Assembly (NCBI RefSeq): GCF_000008625.1
Contig: NC_000918.1
Location: forward strand, 1,519,336-1,551,335
Source: Aquifex aeolicus VF5
GTDB lineage: Bacteria; Aquificota; Aquificia; Aquificales; Aquificaceae
Length of the DNA stretch: 32,000 nt
Direction of reading: 5' to 3'
Position numbers and translations under genes: made by a program. This document shows positions 1 to 9,301 of this stretch, in pieces (the first letter of the stretch is position 1; the number at the start of each line of letters is the position of its first letter). The notes beneath the pieces were generated by a model. It saw nothing but the letters and a program-made list of their open reading frames with translations, was not told the DNA's origin and did no database searches.

Positions 1-2
1 CT

Positions 3-1421
3 ATAGAGAGAATAAAAGAAGCGGTATTGAAGAAGAAAAGAATAATAATATACGGGGACTACGACGTTGACGGAATAACGGGAACGGCAATCCTCTACAG
101 AGTTTTGAAACTCCTCGGTGCAAAAGTTTATCCCGTTCTACCGAACAGACAAACGGGATACGGTCTCAACAAAGAATTAATGTCCATATTTGAGAAGTAC
201 GGAGATTTTCTCATAACCGTTGATAACGGCACTTCCGCAGTTGAGGAAATAGACCAGTCAAGTTTAGAAACCGTGGTAATAGACCACCACAACGTTCCGC
301 CCAGAATTCCAAAGAAAGCCCTGATAGTTAATCCGAAAGTCGGGGCAAAAAGGGAAGGCTTAAAGGCTCTATCTTCCTCAGCTTTGAGTTTTTACCTCGG
401 CAGTGCCTTGATAAGGGAATTTAACTTAGACGAAGATCCCAGAAACTTTTTAGATCTGGTTGCCCTAGGACTCCTTGCGGATTACATGCCCGTAAATCCA
501 GTCACCCGCACACTCGCCGTTAAGGGAATGTACTTGCTAGAGAAAATAGCTCAAGGCAAGGTAAGAAAACCGGGGGTGAAGGCACTTTTAGAGATTTCTT
601 CGGTAAACGGTAACGTCACTTCAAGGGACGTATACTTTTCCTTAGCTCCGAGGATAAACGCTGCGGGTAGGATTTCAAAGCCGAAGTTTGCCCTTGATCT
701 CCTCCTTGAAGAAGACGAGAGGAGGGCAAGGGAACTTGCGTTAAAACTCGAGGAAATCAACAGAAGAAGAAAGGCTATAACAAACCTGACTTACAAGGAA
801 GCGAAAAAGAAGGCTATTGAGGAAATTGATAAAAACTTCTTGGTAGTCTGGGACGAGGAGTGGCATCCAGGAATTCTCGGTATAGTTGCTGGAAGACTTG
901 CGGGAGAATTTAACAAACCCGTCGCCGTGTTTTCTAAAGGAAAGACGAAAGCGGTAGGCTCTATAAGGAGCATAGAGAGTATTGACGTTTATGACAAGGT
1001 AAGCACTATGCGTGATATGTTCCTCAAATGGGGCGGACACGACAAGGCTATGGGACTCACGCTCCCTTCAAATAGACTTGAGGAGTTCAGAGAAAAGGTA
1101 AACCAGATATTCGAAAAAGTTAAAGAGAGTGAAGTGATAATTCCGGTTGATATGGAAATAGATCCGAGAGAATTCGGAGAAGAAGATTTAAGAACCATTA
1201 AATCCCTCGAACCTTTCGGAGAGGGAAATCCCCATCCCACGTTTATGACCACGGTAAAAGATGTAAAGCTCGGAGAAGGCTACAAGGTTTCTATAAACAG
1301 TGTAGAGATGGAGTGCTGGGATACGGAACTTCTTAAACACTTAAAAATCGGCAAAAAAATACTTTACAGACTTGACGGCGGGAAGTTTATCTTAGAGGAT
1401 GTAGAAAATGGCTTCGTATAA
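3..1421 (+). CDS. recJ: Single-stranded-DNA-specific exonuclease RecJ, with its 5' end truncated by the window edge
   Basis: DHH-family motifs are present: DYDVDG, VIDHHN and WGGHDKAMG (GGH). The reading frame stays open from position 3 to the listed TTG at 27, so the true start lies upstream of the window. Confidence 0.85.
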   Translation: MERIKEAVLKKKRIIIYGDYDVDGITGTAILYRVLKLLGAKVYPVLPNRQTGYGLNKELMSIFEKYGDFLITVDNGTSAVEEIDQSSLETVVIDHHNVPPRIPKKALIVNPKVGAKREGLKALSSSALSFYLGSALIREFNLDEDPRNFLDLVALGLLADYMPVNPVTRTLAVKGMYLLEKIAQGKVRKPGVKALLEISSVNGNVTSRDVYFSLAPRINAAGRISKPKFALDLLLEEDERRARELALKLEEINRRRKAITNLTYKEAKKKAIEEIDKNFLVVWDEEWHPGILGIVAGRLAGEFNKPVAVFSKGKTKAVGSIRSIESIDVYDKVSTMRDMFLKWGGHDKAMGLTLPSNRLEEFREKVNQIFEKVKESEVIIPVDMEIDPREFGEEDLRTIKSLEPFGEGNPHPTFMTTVKDVKLGEGYKVSINSVEMECWDTELLKHLKIGKKILYRLDGGKFILEDVENGFV

Positions 1422-1890
1422 AGGGCATGAGTTATTTAACGTTCTCGCTTTAGGTCCTCTAATTTTGTTAGTTCCTCAGGATTACAGAATCCCTTTCGGA
1501 ATTGGATACCTTCTCGGAACTTTCTTCCTATCTCCCGATTTAGACCTGCATTTTTCCAAACCGTCTCAGAGGTGGAAGTTCTTAAAATTTCTGTGGTTTC
1601 CCTTCTGGGTGTTTTCAAGACACAGAGGCATAACCCACGTTCCCTTTTTAGGAACTCTCGTGAAATTGTTTTACTTGATATTCATATTCTTCTTTCTTTA
1701 CTTTGCAGTTTTAGGAGTTTTAAGTATTTTAGGCTTTGCCCCAAAAGAGCTTCTATCCTTTGATCCCTTCGCTTTTATAAATGAATTCTTAAAAAGCGAA
1801 AAGGGGTTTTTCTTCATTCTCGGCTTAATAGTAGCGGATTTACTTCACATAGTTTTAGACATAGTTTCATCCTTCATCAAGAGGTTTTAA
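1408..1890 (+). CDS. Hypothetical polytopic membrane protein, possibly a DUF2227-like metal-binding membrane protein
   Basis: 160-aa ORF with several hydrophobic helices and an SPDLD...SRHRGITH motif. Its start overlaps the recJ stop by 14 nt. Its 3' end overlaps the convergent nucleotidyltransferase gene by 24 nt. The family assignment is from memory only. Confidence 0.55.
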
Positions 1891-3405
1891 GTTCTTCGTA
1901 CTTCGTTTAATGAATTCTATAGCTTCTTCTTTCGTCTCTACTTTTCCGTCTATTTGGGCCTCAAGGAGTGCTTTCTTTAAAATACCTACTATCTTTCCGG
2001 GCTTAATCCCTAAAATTTCCATGATTTCATCGCCGTTCAGGAGGGGTTTCTGAATTTCTTCCTTCATCTCGTTTCTGTTAAAGCTTTCAAGTTCCGCTAT
2101 CGTCTCCATAAGAGCCTTTATGTCCTCCTCTTCATCCCCGCTTGCCATAGCGTCTGCAATAGAGAGGAGGAAAAGGTGTGGAGCTATATCACCGCATTCC
2201 CTCCAGAAGTTGGCCATTCCCCTCCTCTTGAGCTCTCCTTTCTTGAAAGCTTCCCTCAAGAAAAAGGGTCTTAAGTGATGTCTTACGAGTTTTGCAACAA
2301 ACTCCGTCGCTTCGTCTCCCCACCTTAACCTCTCGCCTATCTCTCTTACTATTTGTGCCCCTACTTTATCATGTTCGTAAAAGGTTACCTTTCCCTCCCT
2401 TACAGCAAAAGTTTGAGGTTTTCCTATATCGTGAAAAAGTGCTCCCCACTTGAGGAGTTCAACATCGGTAAACTCTCCCAGAACTCTCTTTTTTCCAAAG
2501 TTTTCAAGAAGTTCCGCACTCAGGTACTTTGCACGATCCTCTATTACTTGTTCCAAGTACTCTAAAGTCTTTAGGGTATGTTCATCAAGCGGGTATATGT
2601 GGTGCTCTCCCTGATCCTTTACCTCCCTTAACCTGCCTATCTCAGGAATTATTGCCTCGAGAACGCCGTACTCGTAGAGTTCCCTTATAACCTTGTGTGC
2701 GGTTTTTTCCTTCATTATCTTGAAAAGTTCATGGGTTATTCTCTCAACCGCGGACTTTAAAACTATTCTCGGATCTTCCTTTACGAATTCATAAAAGTCT
2801 TCCGTGAGCTGTAAATTTTTCTCAATCGCTATCCTGAAGCCTCTCAAAACCCGAACGGGGTCTCTCTTTAGGTTTTCTATGGACACGGGTCTGAGAAGCC
2901 CTTGCTCCAGATCTTTTATCCCACCCGTAGGGTCGTACACTATAGTTTGTTTTGCACCTATACTCAGAACGTCGTCGAGGTTAACAGCTATCGCGTTTGC
3001 GGTAAAGTCCCTCTCCTTTAAATCCTCTATGAGCGCCTTTTCAAGGTCTTTTCCCTTCAGCGGGGAAAAGTCAAACCTGTACCTGTAGGGAGGAAGGTGA
3101 AGAACAACGCTTGCTATCGTGGGTCTCTTTATTAAGAATCCCCTTTTCTCAAATACGAAAAAGTGTCCTCCAATTCTTTTTGCAAAATTCTTAGCGAGTT
3201 CCACGGGGTCTGCAGTTGTTAAAAAGTCAACGTCTATGTTGTAACCCACGGGTTCTCCCAATATCCTGTCTCTTACCCATCCGCCGACTATAAAGCAGTA
3301 ATGTTCTCTTGGAAGGACTTTTGCGACGTCGTCGAAGTAAGAAAGGTAAAAGTTCAATCCGTGAAGTGTGTGTTTTCCCGAGGAAACTATCTCGATGTTT
3401 TCCAT
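1867..3405 (-). CDS. Class II tRNA nucleotidyltransferase (poly(A) polymerase/CCA family) with a C-terminal HD domain. Probably the short CC-adding paralogue of a split CC-/A-adding system.
   Basis: The N-terminal head motif is [10 protein letters not shown]...NIDVDF and the HD motif is LFHDIGKP. The 512-aa length matches my recollection of the short Aquifex enzyme. Specificity (CC vs A vs CCA) cannot be read from the sequence alone. Confidence 0.8.
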
Positions 3406-3523
3406 GTCTTTAAAATATATACGCCCTTTTGTATGATTAAGAGCAAAAGAAGCAATGTGGTGGAAATTTTCGCTCTACTTGTCACACTATAGATACAGGT
3501 TTCCGAGCGGTAAAATTTTTACT

Positions 3524-4030
3524 ATGAAAATCCTTTGGGCTCCTTGGAGAAGGGCTTACGTAGAAAACGTGGACAAAATAGAAGGCTGTTTCCTCTGTCA
3601 CGCCCTTTCACAACCGCCAGAAAAGTGGAAGGAGGTGCTATTGGTTTACAAAGGAAAAAATGCATTCATAATCCTCAATAAATACCCTTACAACACGGGA
3701 CACCTCATGATAGTTCCCGTAAAGCATATCGGGAACTATGAAGAAGTGGACGAAGAAACGGCCCTTGAGATGCACAAACTCCTTCAGGTATCTTTAAAGG
3801 CTCTAAAAAAGGAGTACAAGCCCCACGGCTTTAACGTAGGCTACAACTTCGGAAGACCCGCAGGAGCAGGACTTGAAGAACACATACACCTCCACGTAGT
3901 TCCGAGGTGGAACGGAGACACCAACTTCATGCCCGTTTTAGCTCAGACTAAGGTAATCTCAGAAGACCTTTACAGTACCTACGACAGAGTAAAGAAAGCG
4001 ATAGAAGAAGTCTTAAATGAGTCTTCTTGA
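3524..4030 (+). CDS. HIT-family nucleotide hydrolase/transferase (histidine triad protein)
   Basis: Histidine triad EHIHLHVVPRW. I chose the internal ATG at 3524 (MKILWAPWRR...) over the listed 3455 start because homologues begin near this point. A TAAAAT box sits 7 nt upstream of that ATG. Confidence 0.8.
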   Translation: MKILWAPWRRAYVENVDKIEGCFLCHALSQPPEKWKEVLLVYKGKNAFIILNKYPYNTGHLMIVPVKHIGNYEEVDEETALEMHKLLQVSLKALKKEYKPHGFNVGYNFGRPAGAGLEEHIHLHVVPRWNGDTNFMPVLAQTKVISEDLYSTYDRVKKAIEEVLNESS

Positions 4031-4772
4031 AGTTAAAAACTTAAACCTCTGGTACAGGGAGAAGCAGGTTCTCTTTGACGTTTCCTTTGAAGTAAAGATA
4101 GGGGAAATCCTGTGCATAGTTGGAGAAAGCGGTTCCGGTAAGAGCTCCATACTCTTTACCATCTTAAGATTGCTTCCTCCTTACGCCAGAGTGTCGGGTA
4201 GCGTAAAGTTTTTAGGAAGGGAACTCTTAAAGCTCTCGGAAAGGGAAATGAAAAGTATTAGAGGAAAGGAAGTAGGAATGGTGTTCCAGGAACCTTCCCT
4301 TTACCTTGACCCTCTCTTTACGGTAGGCTCTCAAATTGAAGAGACTTACCTTTCCCATTTCAAAGCCGGCAGAAGAGAGGCTTACGAGGCTTGTATAAAA
4401 GCCATGAAGAAGGCAGGAATACCCAAACCCGAGGAAAAGTACAGGATGTACCCCCACCAGCTCTCGGGAGGACTCAAGCAGAGGGTATGTATAGCAAATG
4501 CAATCGTGTGTGAGCCAAAACTCGTCCTTGCAGACGAGCCCACCACTGCTCTGGACGTTTCTGTCCAGAGAAGAATACTCGCCCTTTTCAGGAATATGAA
4601 GGAAGAGGGTAAGGCTGTAATACTTATAACCCACGATTTTGGAGTGGTTGCGGAAGTGGGAGACAGGGTAATAGTCTTAAAAGACGGCAAAGTGGTGGAA
4701 GAAGGAGACGTTTTTGAGATTTTTGACAATCCTAAGCACGAATACACAAAAAAACTTCTCTCTGCGATTTAA
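4017..4772 (+). CDS. ABC transporter ATP-binding protein, DppD/OppD-like and short-form
   Basis: Walker A GESGSGKS, signature LSGGLKQR, Walker B LVLADEPTTALD and H-loop ITHD. The start overlaps the HIT stop by 14 nt. No permease or binding protein is co-oriented next to it. Confidence 0.85.
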   Translation: MSLLEVKNLNLWYREKQVLFDVSFEVKIGEILCIVGESGSGKSSILFTILRLLPPYARVSGSVKFLGRELLKLSEREMKSIRGKEVGMVFQEPSLYLDPLFTVGSQIEETYLSHFKAGRREAYEACIKAMKKAGIPKPEEKYRMYPHQLSGGLKQRVCIANAIVCEPKLVLADEPTTALDVSVQRRILALFRNMKEEGKAVILITHDFGVVAEVGDRVIVLKDGKVVEEGDVFEIFDNPKHEYTKKLLSAI

Positions 4773-4782
4773 AATAGAAGGA

Positions 4783-5409
4783 ATGATCGTGGAATTATCT
4801 CACCCCCTGATAAAGCACAAGGTAAACACAGCAAGAATACAGGACACTTCCGCAGAAAAGCTCAGGAAAACCTTAAAGGAACTTGGTTTTATGCTTGTAT
4901 ATGAAGCCCTAAAAGACATACTTTTAGAGGAAAAGGAAGTCAGAACGTGGATAGGTAACAAAAGATTTAATTACTTGAATGAAGAAGAAATAGTATTCGT
5001 TCCCATACTGAGGGCGGGACTTTCCTTTCTGGAGGGAGCACTCCAAGTCGTACCGAACGCAAAGGTAGGATTTCTAGGAATAAAGAGAAACGAAGAGACT
5101 CTTGAATCTCACATATACTACTCAAGACTGCCAGAGCTGAAGGGAAAAATCGTAGTTATACTTGACCCCATGCTTGCAACCGGAGGAACGCTGGAAGTGG
5201 CGTTAAGGGAAATCCTCAAACACTCACCTCTTAAGGTAAAGAGCGTGCACGCGATAGCCGCCCCGGAGGGTCTAAAAAGGATAGAAGAAAAGTTTAAAGA
5301 AGTGGAAATCTTTGTGGGAAATGTAGATGAAAGATTAAACGACAAGGGATACATAATCCCGGGTCTGGGAGACATAGGCGACAGGTTATACGCGGTAAGT
5401 GTGTATTGA
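4783..5409 (+). CDS. upp: Uracil phosphoribosyltransferase
   Basis: PRPP-binding motif VVILDPMLATGGT and C-terminal YIIPGLGDIGDR. The start is set at the ATG at 4783 (MIVELSHPLIKHK), the typical Upp N-terminus, 10 nt after the ABC ATPase stop. Confidence 0.9.
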   Translation: MIVELSHPLIKHKVNTARIQDTSAEKLRKTLKELGFMLVYEALKDILLEEKEVRTWIGNKRFNYLNEEEIVFVPILRAGLSFLEGALQVVPNAKVGFLGIKRNEETLESHIYYSRLPELKGKIVVILDPMLATGGTLEVALREILKHSPLKVKSVHAIAAPEGLKRIEEKFKEVEIFVGNVDERLNDKGYIIPGLGDIGDRLYAVSVY

Positions 5410-5955
5410 TTTCTTTTCTTTGATCATTTTCGCTATTTCCTCATAGTTGTCGTTCAGTCTTCTGTCTATTTTTTCCACAACTAGCTCCACGTTTTCTGGT
5501 ATGGATATCCAGAGCTTACCTCTCTTTTCCGGTGCAAAGAGTTTTACACACTTTTTAAGAAACTTGTAGTAATGTTTCGGGAGTCTGTAAACCGCGTGCT
5601 GAACGATATCTGGAGTTTGCCATGGGCACACTTTATAACCTTTCTCTAGTTTTTCAAAGAGTCCTTTAGTTCCGTGAATTGCCCTGTTTAGAGCCATTAA
5701 AAAGGTGGGAACACCCTTGAGAAAAGCGTCCGTGAGTTCCTTATTTTCATGAACCGTTGCGTCGTACATAATTACCTTTTTTTCTTCAAGGAGAGCCTTT
5801 ATAAGGTCTATAGGGACCGCAAACTCGGGAAAGTAGAGAGGCGTCCCGGCAGCGGTGTAAGATGATGGAAAGTAAACTATGTAGTCGTAATCGGGATAAA
5901 CTATTAAGCCGTTTGTCATGTTCGCAACGTGGAGAACCTTTTTATCTTCCTTCAT
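5386..5955 (-). CDS. Hypothetical protein, 189 aa, with no motif I recognise
   Basis: Long ORF with host-like composition and no signal peptide or TM segment. Its 3' end overlaps the convergent upp gene by 24 nt. Confidence 0.5.
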   Translation of the reverse strand: MKEDKKVLHVANMTNGLIVYPDYDYIVYFPSSYTAAGTPLYFPEFAVPIDLIKALLEEKKVIMYDATVHENKELTDAFLKGVPTFLMALNRAIHGTKGLFEKLEKGYKVCPWQTPDIVQHAVYRLPKHYYKFLKKCVKLFAPEKRGKLWISIPENVELVVEKIDRRLNDNYEEIAKMIKEKKSIHTYRV

Positions 5956-5961
5956 AAAGAA

Positions 5962-6699
5962 TTAAGATACACTCTTCTTAAGAGTTGTTAAAAACACCAA
6001 TATACCCGTTAAGGCGTGGAAGAAAACAAGGGTAAAACCGGTTGGTAGGTCAAGCTTAAATGAAATCAATATCCCGAGTGTATTGACGAGAGCACCGTAA
6101 ACCCATGCAAACAAAAGCCCTTTTCCGAGCAGGTTTGCAACAAGAGCTGGAGCCACAAGAATTGAGAAAACTATTAAAACACCCACCAGTTTTACGGAAG
6201 AAGTAACCGTTATAGAAAACAAGGTAAAAAAAGATACCTCCCTCAGGAGTTCGTTCCTCAAATACCTCCTCAGGTAAAGGAGGAAACCTATCGCTGCGTA
6301 AAGCATCCCGGAAATCAAAATCTCCTTCTTTGAAACGAAGAGTATGTCACCTGCGGTTAATTGCAGGAATTCCTCCATACCGTGAGGGGTTTGTGAAAGT
6401 ATGAGAACAACGGAAGAAAAGCCAAGAGCGTAAAGGAGACCTATGAACGCCTCCGCAAATTCTTTTTTTACCTGCGAAAGTGCAACCAGCATACCCGCAA
6501 AAAGGGAAAAGACAAAAGCCATTAAGTAGGAAGGTTCGTGGAAAATTAAAATGGAAAGGGCAAGCCCAACCGCTGCAAACTGTGCTACCGCTATGTCTAC
6601 GAAAATTATGCCTCTCCTCACTATTTCCAATCCGAAACTCGCGTGTATCCCGAGCAGGATAAAAGAAAAGAGAAGGGCCTGGAAGAATAAATCAACCAC
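5962..6699 (-). CDS. Metal (Zn/Mn) ABC transporter permease, ZnuB/TroC-like
   Basis: 245-aa multi-pass membrane protein of the ABC-3 type. It overlaps the stop of the upstream ZnuA-like gene by 8 nt. Confidence 0.75.
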   Translation of the reverse strand: MVDLFFQALLFSFILLGIHASFGLEIVRRGIIFVDIAVAQFAAVGLALSILIFHEPSYLMAFVFSLFAGMLVALSQVKKEFAEAFIGLLYALGFSSVVLILSQTPHGMEEFLQLTAGDILFVSKKEILISGMLYAAIGFLLYLRRYLRNELLREVSFFTLFSITVTSSVKLVGVLIVFSILVAPALVANLLGKGLLFAWVYGALVNTLGILISFKLDLPTGFTLVFFHALTGILVFLTTLKKSVS

Positions 6700-7564
6700 C
6701 CTTTAACCTCCTCAGGATTTCGTCAAACAGGGAAAAATTGTCCTTTACTTCAGGCAGGGAGTTTACATCGTGGGGGAGTACTAAAACCTTAGCTCCAAGC
6801 TCTTTGGCCACGAACTGGGCCGTTCTTCTTTCGTTGTAAACCGCAAGGAGTACGTACTTTATATCCTTCAAAGAAAGGAGTTTCTGTATGTGGCTCTTTG
6901 TGGGAGGTATTCCGGGCAAGGGTTCAAGGGTGGCAACGAGAACAACACCGTACCTTCTAAGCAGGTAGTTAAAAACAGAGTGATAACTTATTACCCTTGT
7001 GCCTCTGAAAGTTGAAAATTCCCTGTCCCACACTTCCAGCTTTTCGTTCCACTTTGCCAGAAACTCATTTAAATTCTTTCCGTAAAATTCGCAGTTTCCG
7101 GGGTCAATTAGACACAGCCTGTCCTTAATAGCCTGGGCCAGAACAGGGATATTGTGAGGGTCAAGGTTGTAGTGGGGGTTTCCCTCTGGGTGAACATCTC
7201 CCATAGCCCGTGAAACTTCCTTCGGTTTTTCTATAAGCTCAATAAACGTAGAAAGGTCTAAAAATCCCTTAGTCCCGGGTTGTATCTTGGGGTTGTTCGA
7301 TTGAGAGAGCAAAGGAGGAAGAAAGCCTATTTCCAGAGAAGCACCCTGAATTATAAGTAAATCCGCCCTTCTTAGCTTAGCTATATGTGAGGGTTTAGGA
7401 ACTACGAAGTGAGGGTCCTCTGTTCCCTTTGCTATAATGTAAACCTTTACCTTTTCTTTTCCTATCTTGTCAACCAAGTCGCCTATCCACGGATAAGTTA
7501 CAACTACGTTCAGTTTTGCAAAAGAAAGGGTTATAAAAAAGAGAAAAACAAACAGAGCTCTCAT
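6692..7564 (-). CDS. Metal ABC transporter periplasmic substrate-binding protein, ZnuA/TroA-like
   Basis: Signal peptide MRALFVFLFFITLSFA. Cluster-9 SBP hallmarks are present: EDPHFV, NPHYNLDPHN and the size of 290 aa. Confidence 0.8.
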   Translation of the reverse strand: MRALFVFLFFITLSFAKLNVVVTYPWIGDLVDKIGKEKVKVYIIAKGTEDPHFVVPKPSHIAKLRRADLLIIQGASLEIGFLPPLLSQSNNPKIQPGTKGFLDLSTFIELIEKPKEVSRAMGDVHPEGNPHYNLDPHNIPVLAQAIKDRLCLIDPGNCEFYGKNLNEFLAKWNEKLEVWDREFSTFRGTRVISYHSVFNYLLRRYGVVLVATLEPLPGIPPTKSHIQKLLSLKDIKYVLLAVYNERRTAQFVAKELGAKVLVLPHDVNSLPEVKDNFSLFDEILRRLKGG

Positions 7565-7576
7565 CTTTACACCTCC

Positions 7577-8986
7577 CTAAAAGGGGTGAGAAGTGTGTGC
7601 ACCTATTACAAAGTTAAACTGGAAGATAAACTCGTTTATCGTTTTCCTCTTATCCTCTTTGTAGAAGGCTCTGTTCTGCCCGAGTTGAAGTCTTATACGG
7701 GAAAATTCAGTGGGATTGAATTCAAGCATCCAGTAATAAGCGGAAAGGTCATCGGGAAGGTCCTTTTTTATTCCGTTCACTTTGAGTTCGTTCTTGTTTA
7801 TCAGGTTGTATTGAATTCCGGTTCTCCATCTCCTGTCAAACTTCCAAACAACTTGGGCATACAGTCCTCCCTGCTTTTTTGTTAGCGGGGAAGTACTTTC
7901 AGGAGTGTACTTTGTGCCTTCTTGTCTTCTGTACAAATACTCCCCCTGAAAAGCGAGGTATCTGTAAGAGTCTATAAAGTACTTCGCAGTAAGGTCTAAG
8001 CCGTATATTTTCGTTCTTCCCGCAAAGGCGTGAGGCTCTTCCTCGTCTTCTAAGTGGTTTATCCTCGTTCTTCCGTAGGCGTAAGAAATCCCTCCGAGCA
8101 AGGATAAATTTCCTACATCAAATGAAGTCTTTAAAAATCCTACGTAGAGGTTTGGCTTTGGAGTGTCCGGTACGCGTAGGTCTTCATTCACAGAAAATCC
8201 TTCCGTTCCGAAACTCATCTCATTTTCTCCCTGTAAAACTTCCGCTCCGAGTAAGAGGTAAAAGGGCACCGGTGCGAGCCAGTTAACTTGAACTCCCTTT
8301 TCTATCAATCCCTCACCCAAGAAAACCTTATAAACGAGGGGAGGATTTGCGAATTCCCATACGTGGGGATGCTGGGAGTTAAGTCTTCCGAAGGAACTCC
8401 TGAACTTACCCACCTTCACCTGAAAACCGTAAGGGAGACCTCTCGTCACCGCATAAGCCTCTTCAACTGTAGAACCATCCTCCGAAAAGGGAATGGTAGC
8501 GTAAAGGTCAAAGTAGGGGTCAACCGGAGCGTAAAGGAACAGCTCCGCGTAGTTCAAATTAAAACCGCGCTTTTCATTAAGTTCACCGTGTTCGTGTCCC
8601 CCGTGTCCGTGGTAGAGTGCGGGAATTTCAAGCTCCTTTAATTCGGAATCCTTCTTGTTGCGTCCCACAAAAGAAAAGTCCAGTATCAGGGAAATGTCTG
8701 GAAGAAACGCTTTCTGGGAAAAGGGTGATACCTGGTAAGCTCCGAGTCTTTCCTCGTATTTTGTCCTTATCTTGAGCGTTCTGTCCGCGGGTGTAGGTTT
8801 CAAGGCTACCGCCTCTTTTTTCTTTTCTTCTTCTTTCTTGGCTTTCTCAAGCTCTTCTAAACGCCTTTCTATCTCTTGAATTTTTTTCTTATACTCTTCC
8901 AAAAGCCTTTTCAAATCTTCAACACTTTCCTGAGAAAAAGCCACACTTATGAACAAAATTGAAAGTAAAAGGACATACTTTTTCAT
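7577..8986 (-). CDS. Outer-membrane beta-barrel (porin-like) protein with an N-terminal coiled coil and a His-rich loop
   Basis: Signal peptide, a K/E coiled-coil segment (residues ~20-60), an alternating beta-strand pattern and a C-terminal ...AHTSHPF with a terminal aromatic residue. The loop motif is YHGHGGHEHGE. It sits directly upstream of the ZnuA/B-like genes on the same strand. Confidence 0.6.
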   Translation of the reverse strand: MKKYVLLLSILFISVAFSQESVEDLKRLLEEYKKKIQEIERRLEELEKAKKEEEKKKEAVALKPTPADRTLKIRTKYEERLGAYQVSPFSQKAFLPDISLILDFSFVGRNKKDSELKELEIPALYHGHGGHEHGELNEKRGFNLNYAELFLYAPVDPYFDLYATIPFSEDGSTVEEAYAVTRGLPYGFQVKVGKFRSSFGRLNSQHPHVWEFANPPLVYKVFLGEGLIEKGVQVNWLAPVPFYLLLGAEVLQGENEMSFGTEGFSVNEDLRVPDTPKPNLYVGFLKTSFDVGNLSLLGGISYAYGRTRINHLEDEEEPHAFAGRTKIYGLDLTAKYFIDSYRYLAFQGEYLYRRQEGTKYTPESTSPLTKKQGGLYAQVVWKFDRRWRTGIQYNLINKNELKVNGIKKDLPDDLSAYYWMLEFNPTEFSRIRLQLGQNRAFYKEDKRKTINEFIFQFNFVIGAHTSHPF

Positions 8987-9037
8987 AACTACACACCTCC
9001 TGCAGTTTTTTTTAGAAAAAAAAGCGTTTTGGAATTT

Positions 9038-9301
9038 TTAGACCGCAGGAGGTGCCCTTGCGTCTTTATATCTGATTACTACGGGGACGGTGAAATTAAA
9101 AGCTTTTCTGGAATCTATGAAAAATACGGGAAAATTAACCCTCTTTGGAGATATTTCTGGCTTTTCGTAATTGGCAGGGTTGTACTTTACTATACATACG
9201 TGGCAGTTCGGGTGTACTTTCCCGTCGTTATGTTTATGAGTGAGAGAAACCTGTCCCTCAATTACAAAGAGCAGTAAAAGAATTGCTACTAAAATTCTCA
9301 T
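9038..9301 (-). CDS. Small secreted His/Cys-containing protein (87 aa), the first gene of the metal-uptake cluster
   Basis: Clear signal peptide MRILVAILLLLFVIEGQ followed by THKHNDGKVHPNCHVC. I prefer it over the overlapping + strand ORF 9029..9277, which has a TTG start and no recognisable features. Confidence 0.45.
   Translation of the reverse strand: MRILVAILLLLFVIEGQVSLTHKHNDGKVHPNCHVCIVKYNPANYEKPEISPKRVNFPVFFIDSRKAFNFTVPVVIRYKDARAPPAV

Noticed and set aside
9006-9023. A T8-AG-A8 homopolymer palindrome between the small secreted-protein gene and the OMP gene
   Set aside because: A pure A/T hairpin would be unstable at this organism's growth temperature. It lies in a 51-nt spacer and could simply be an AT-rich linker. 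There is no evidence for phase variation.
9029-9277. A + strand 82-aa ORF overlapping the small secreted-protein ORF
   Set aside because: It has a TTG start, no SD, no signal peptide or motif, and a run-on composition typical of a shadow frame. The minus-strand ORF has a clean signal peptide and fits the operon orientation. Neither ORF is proven.
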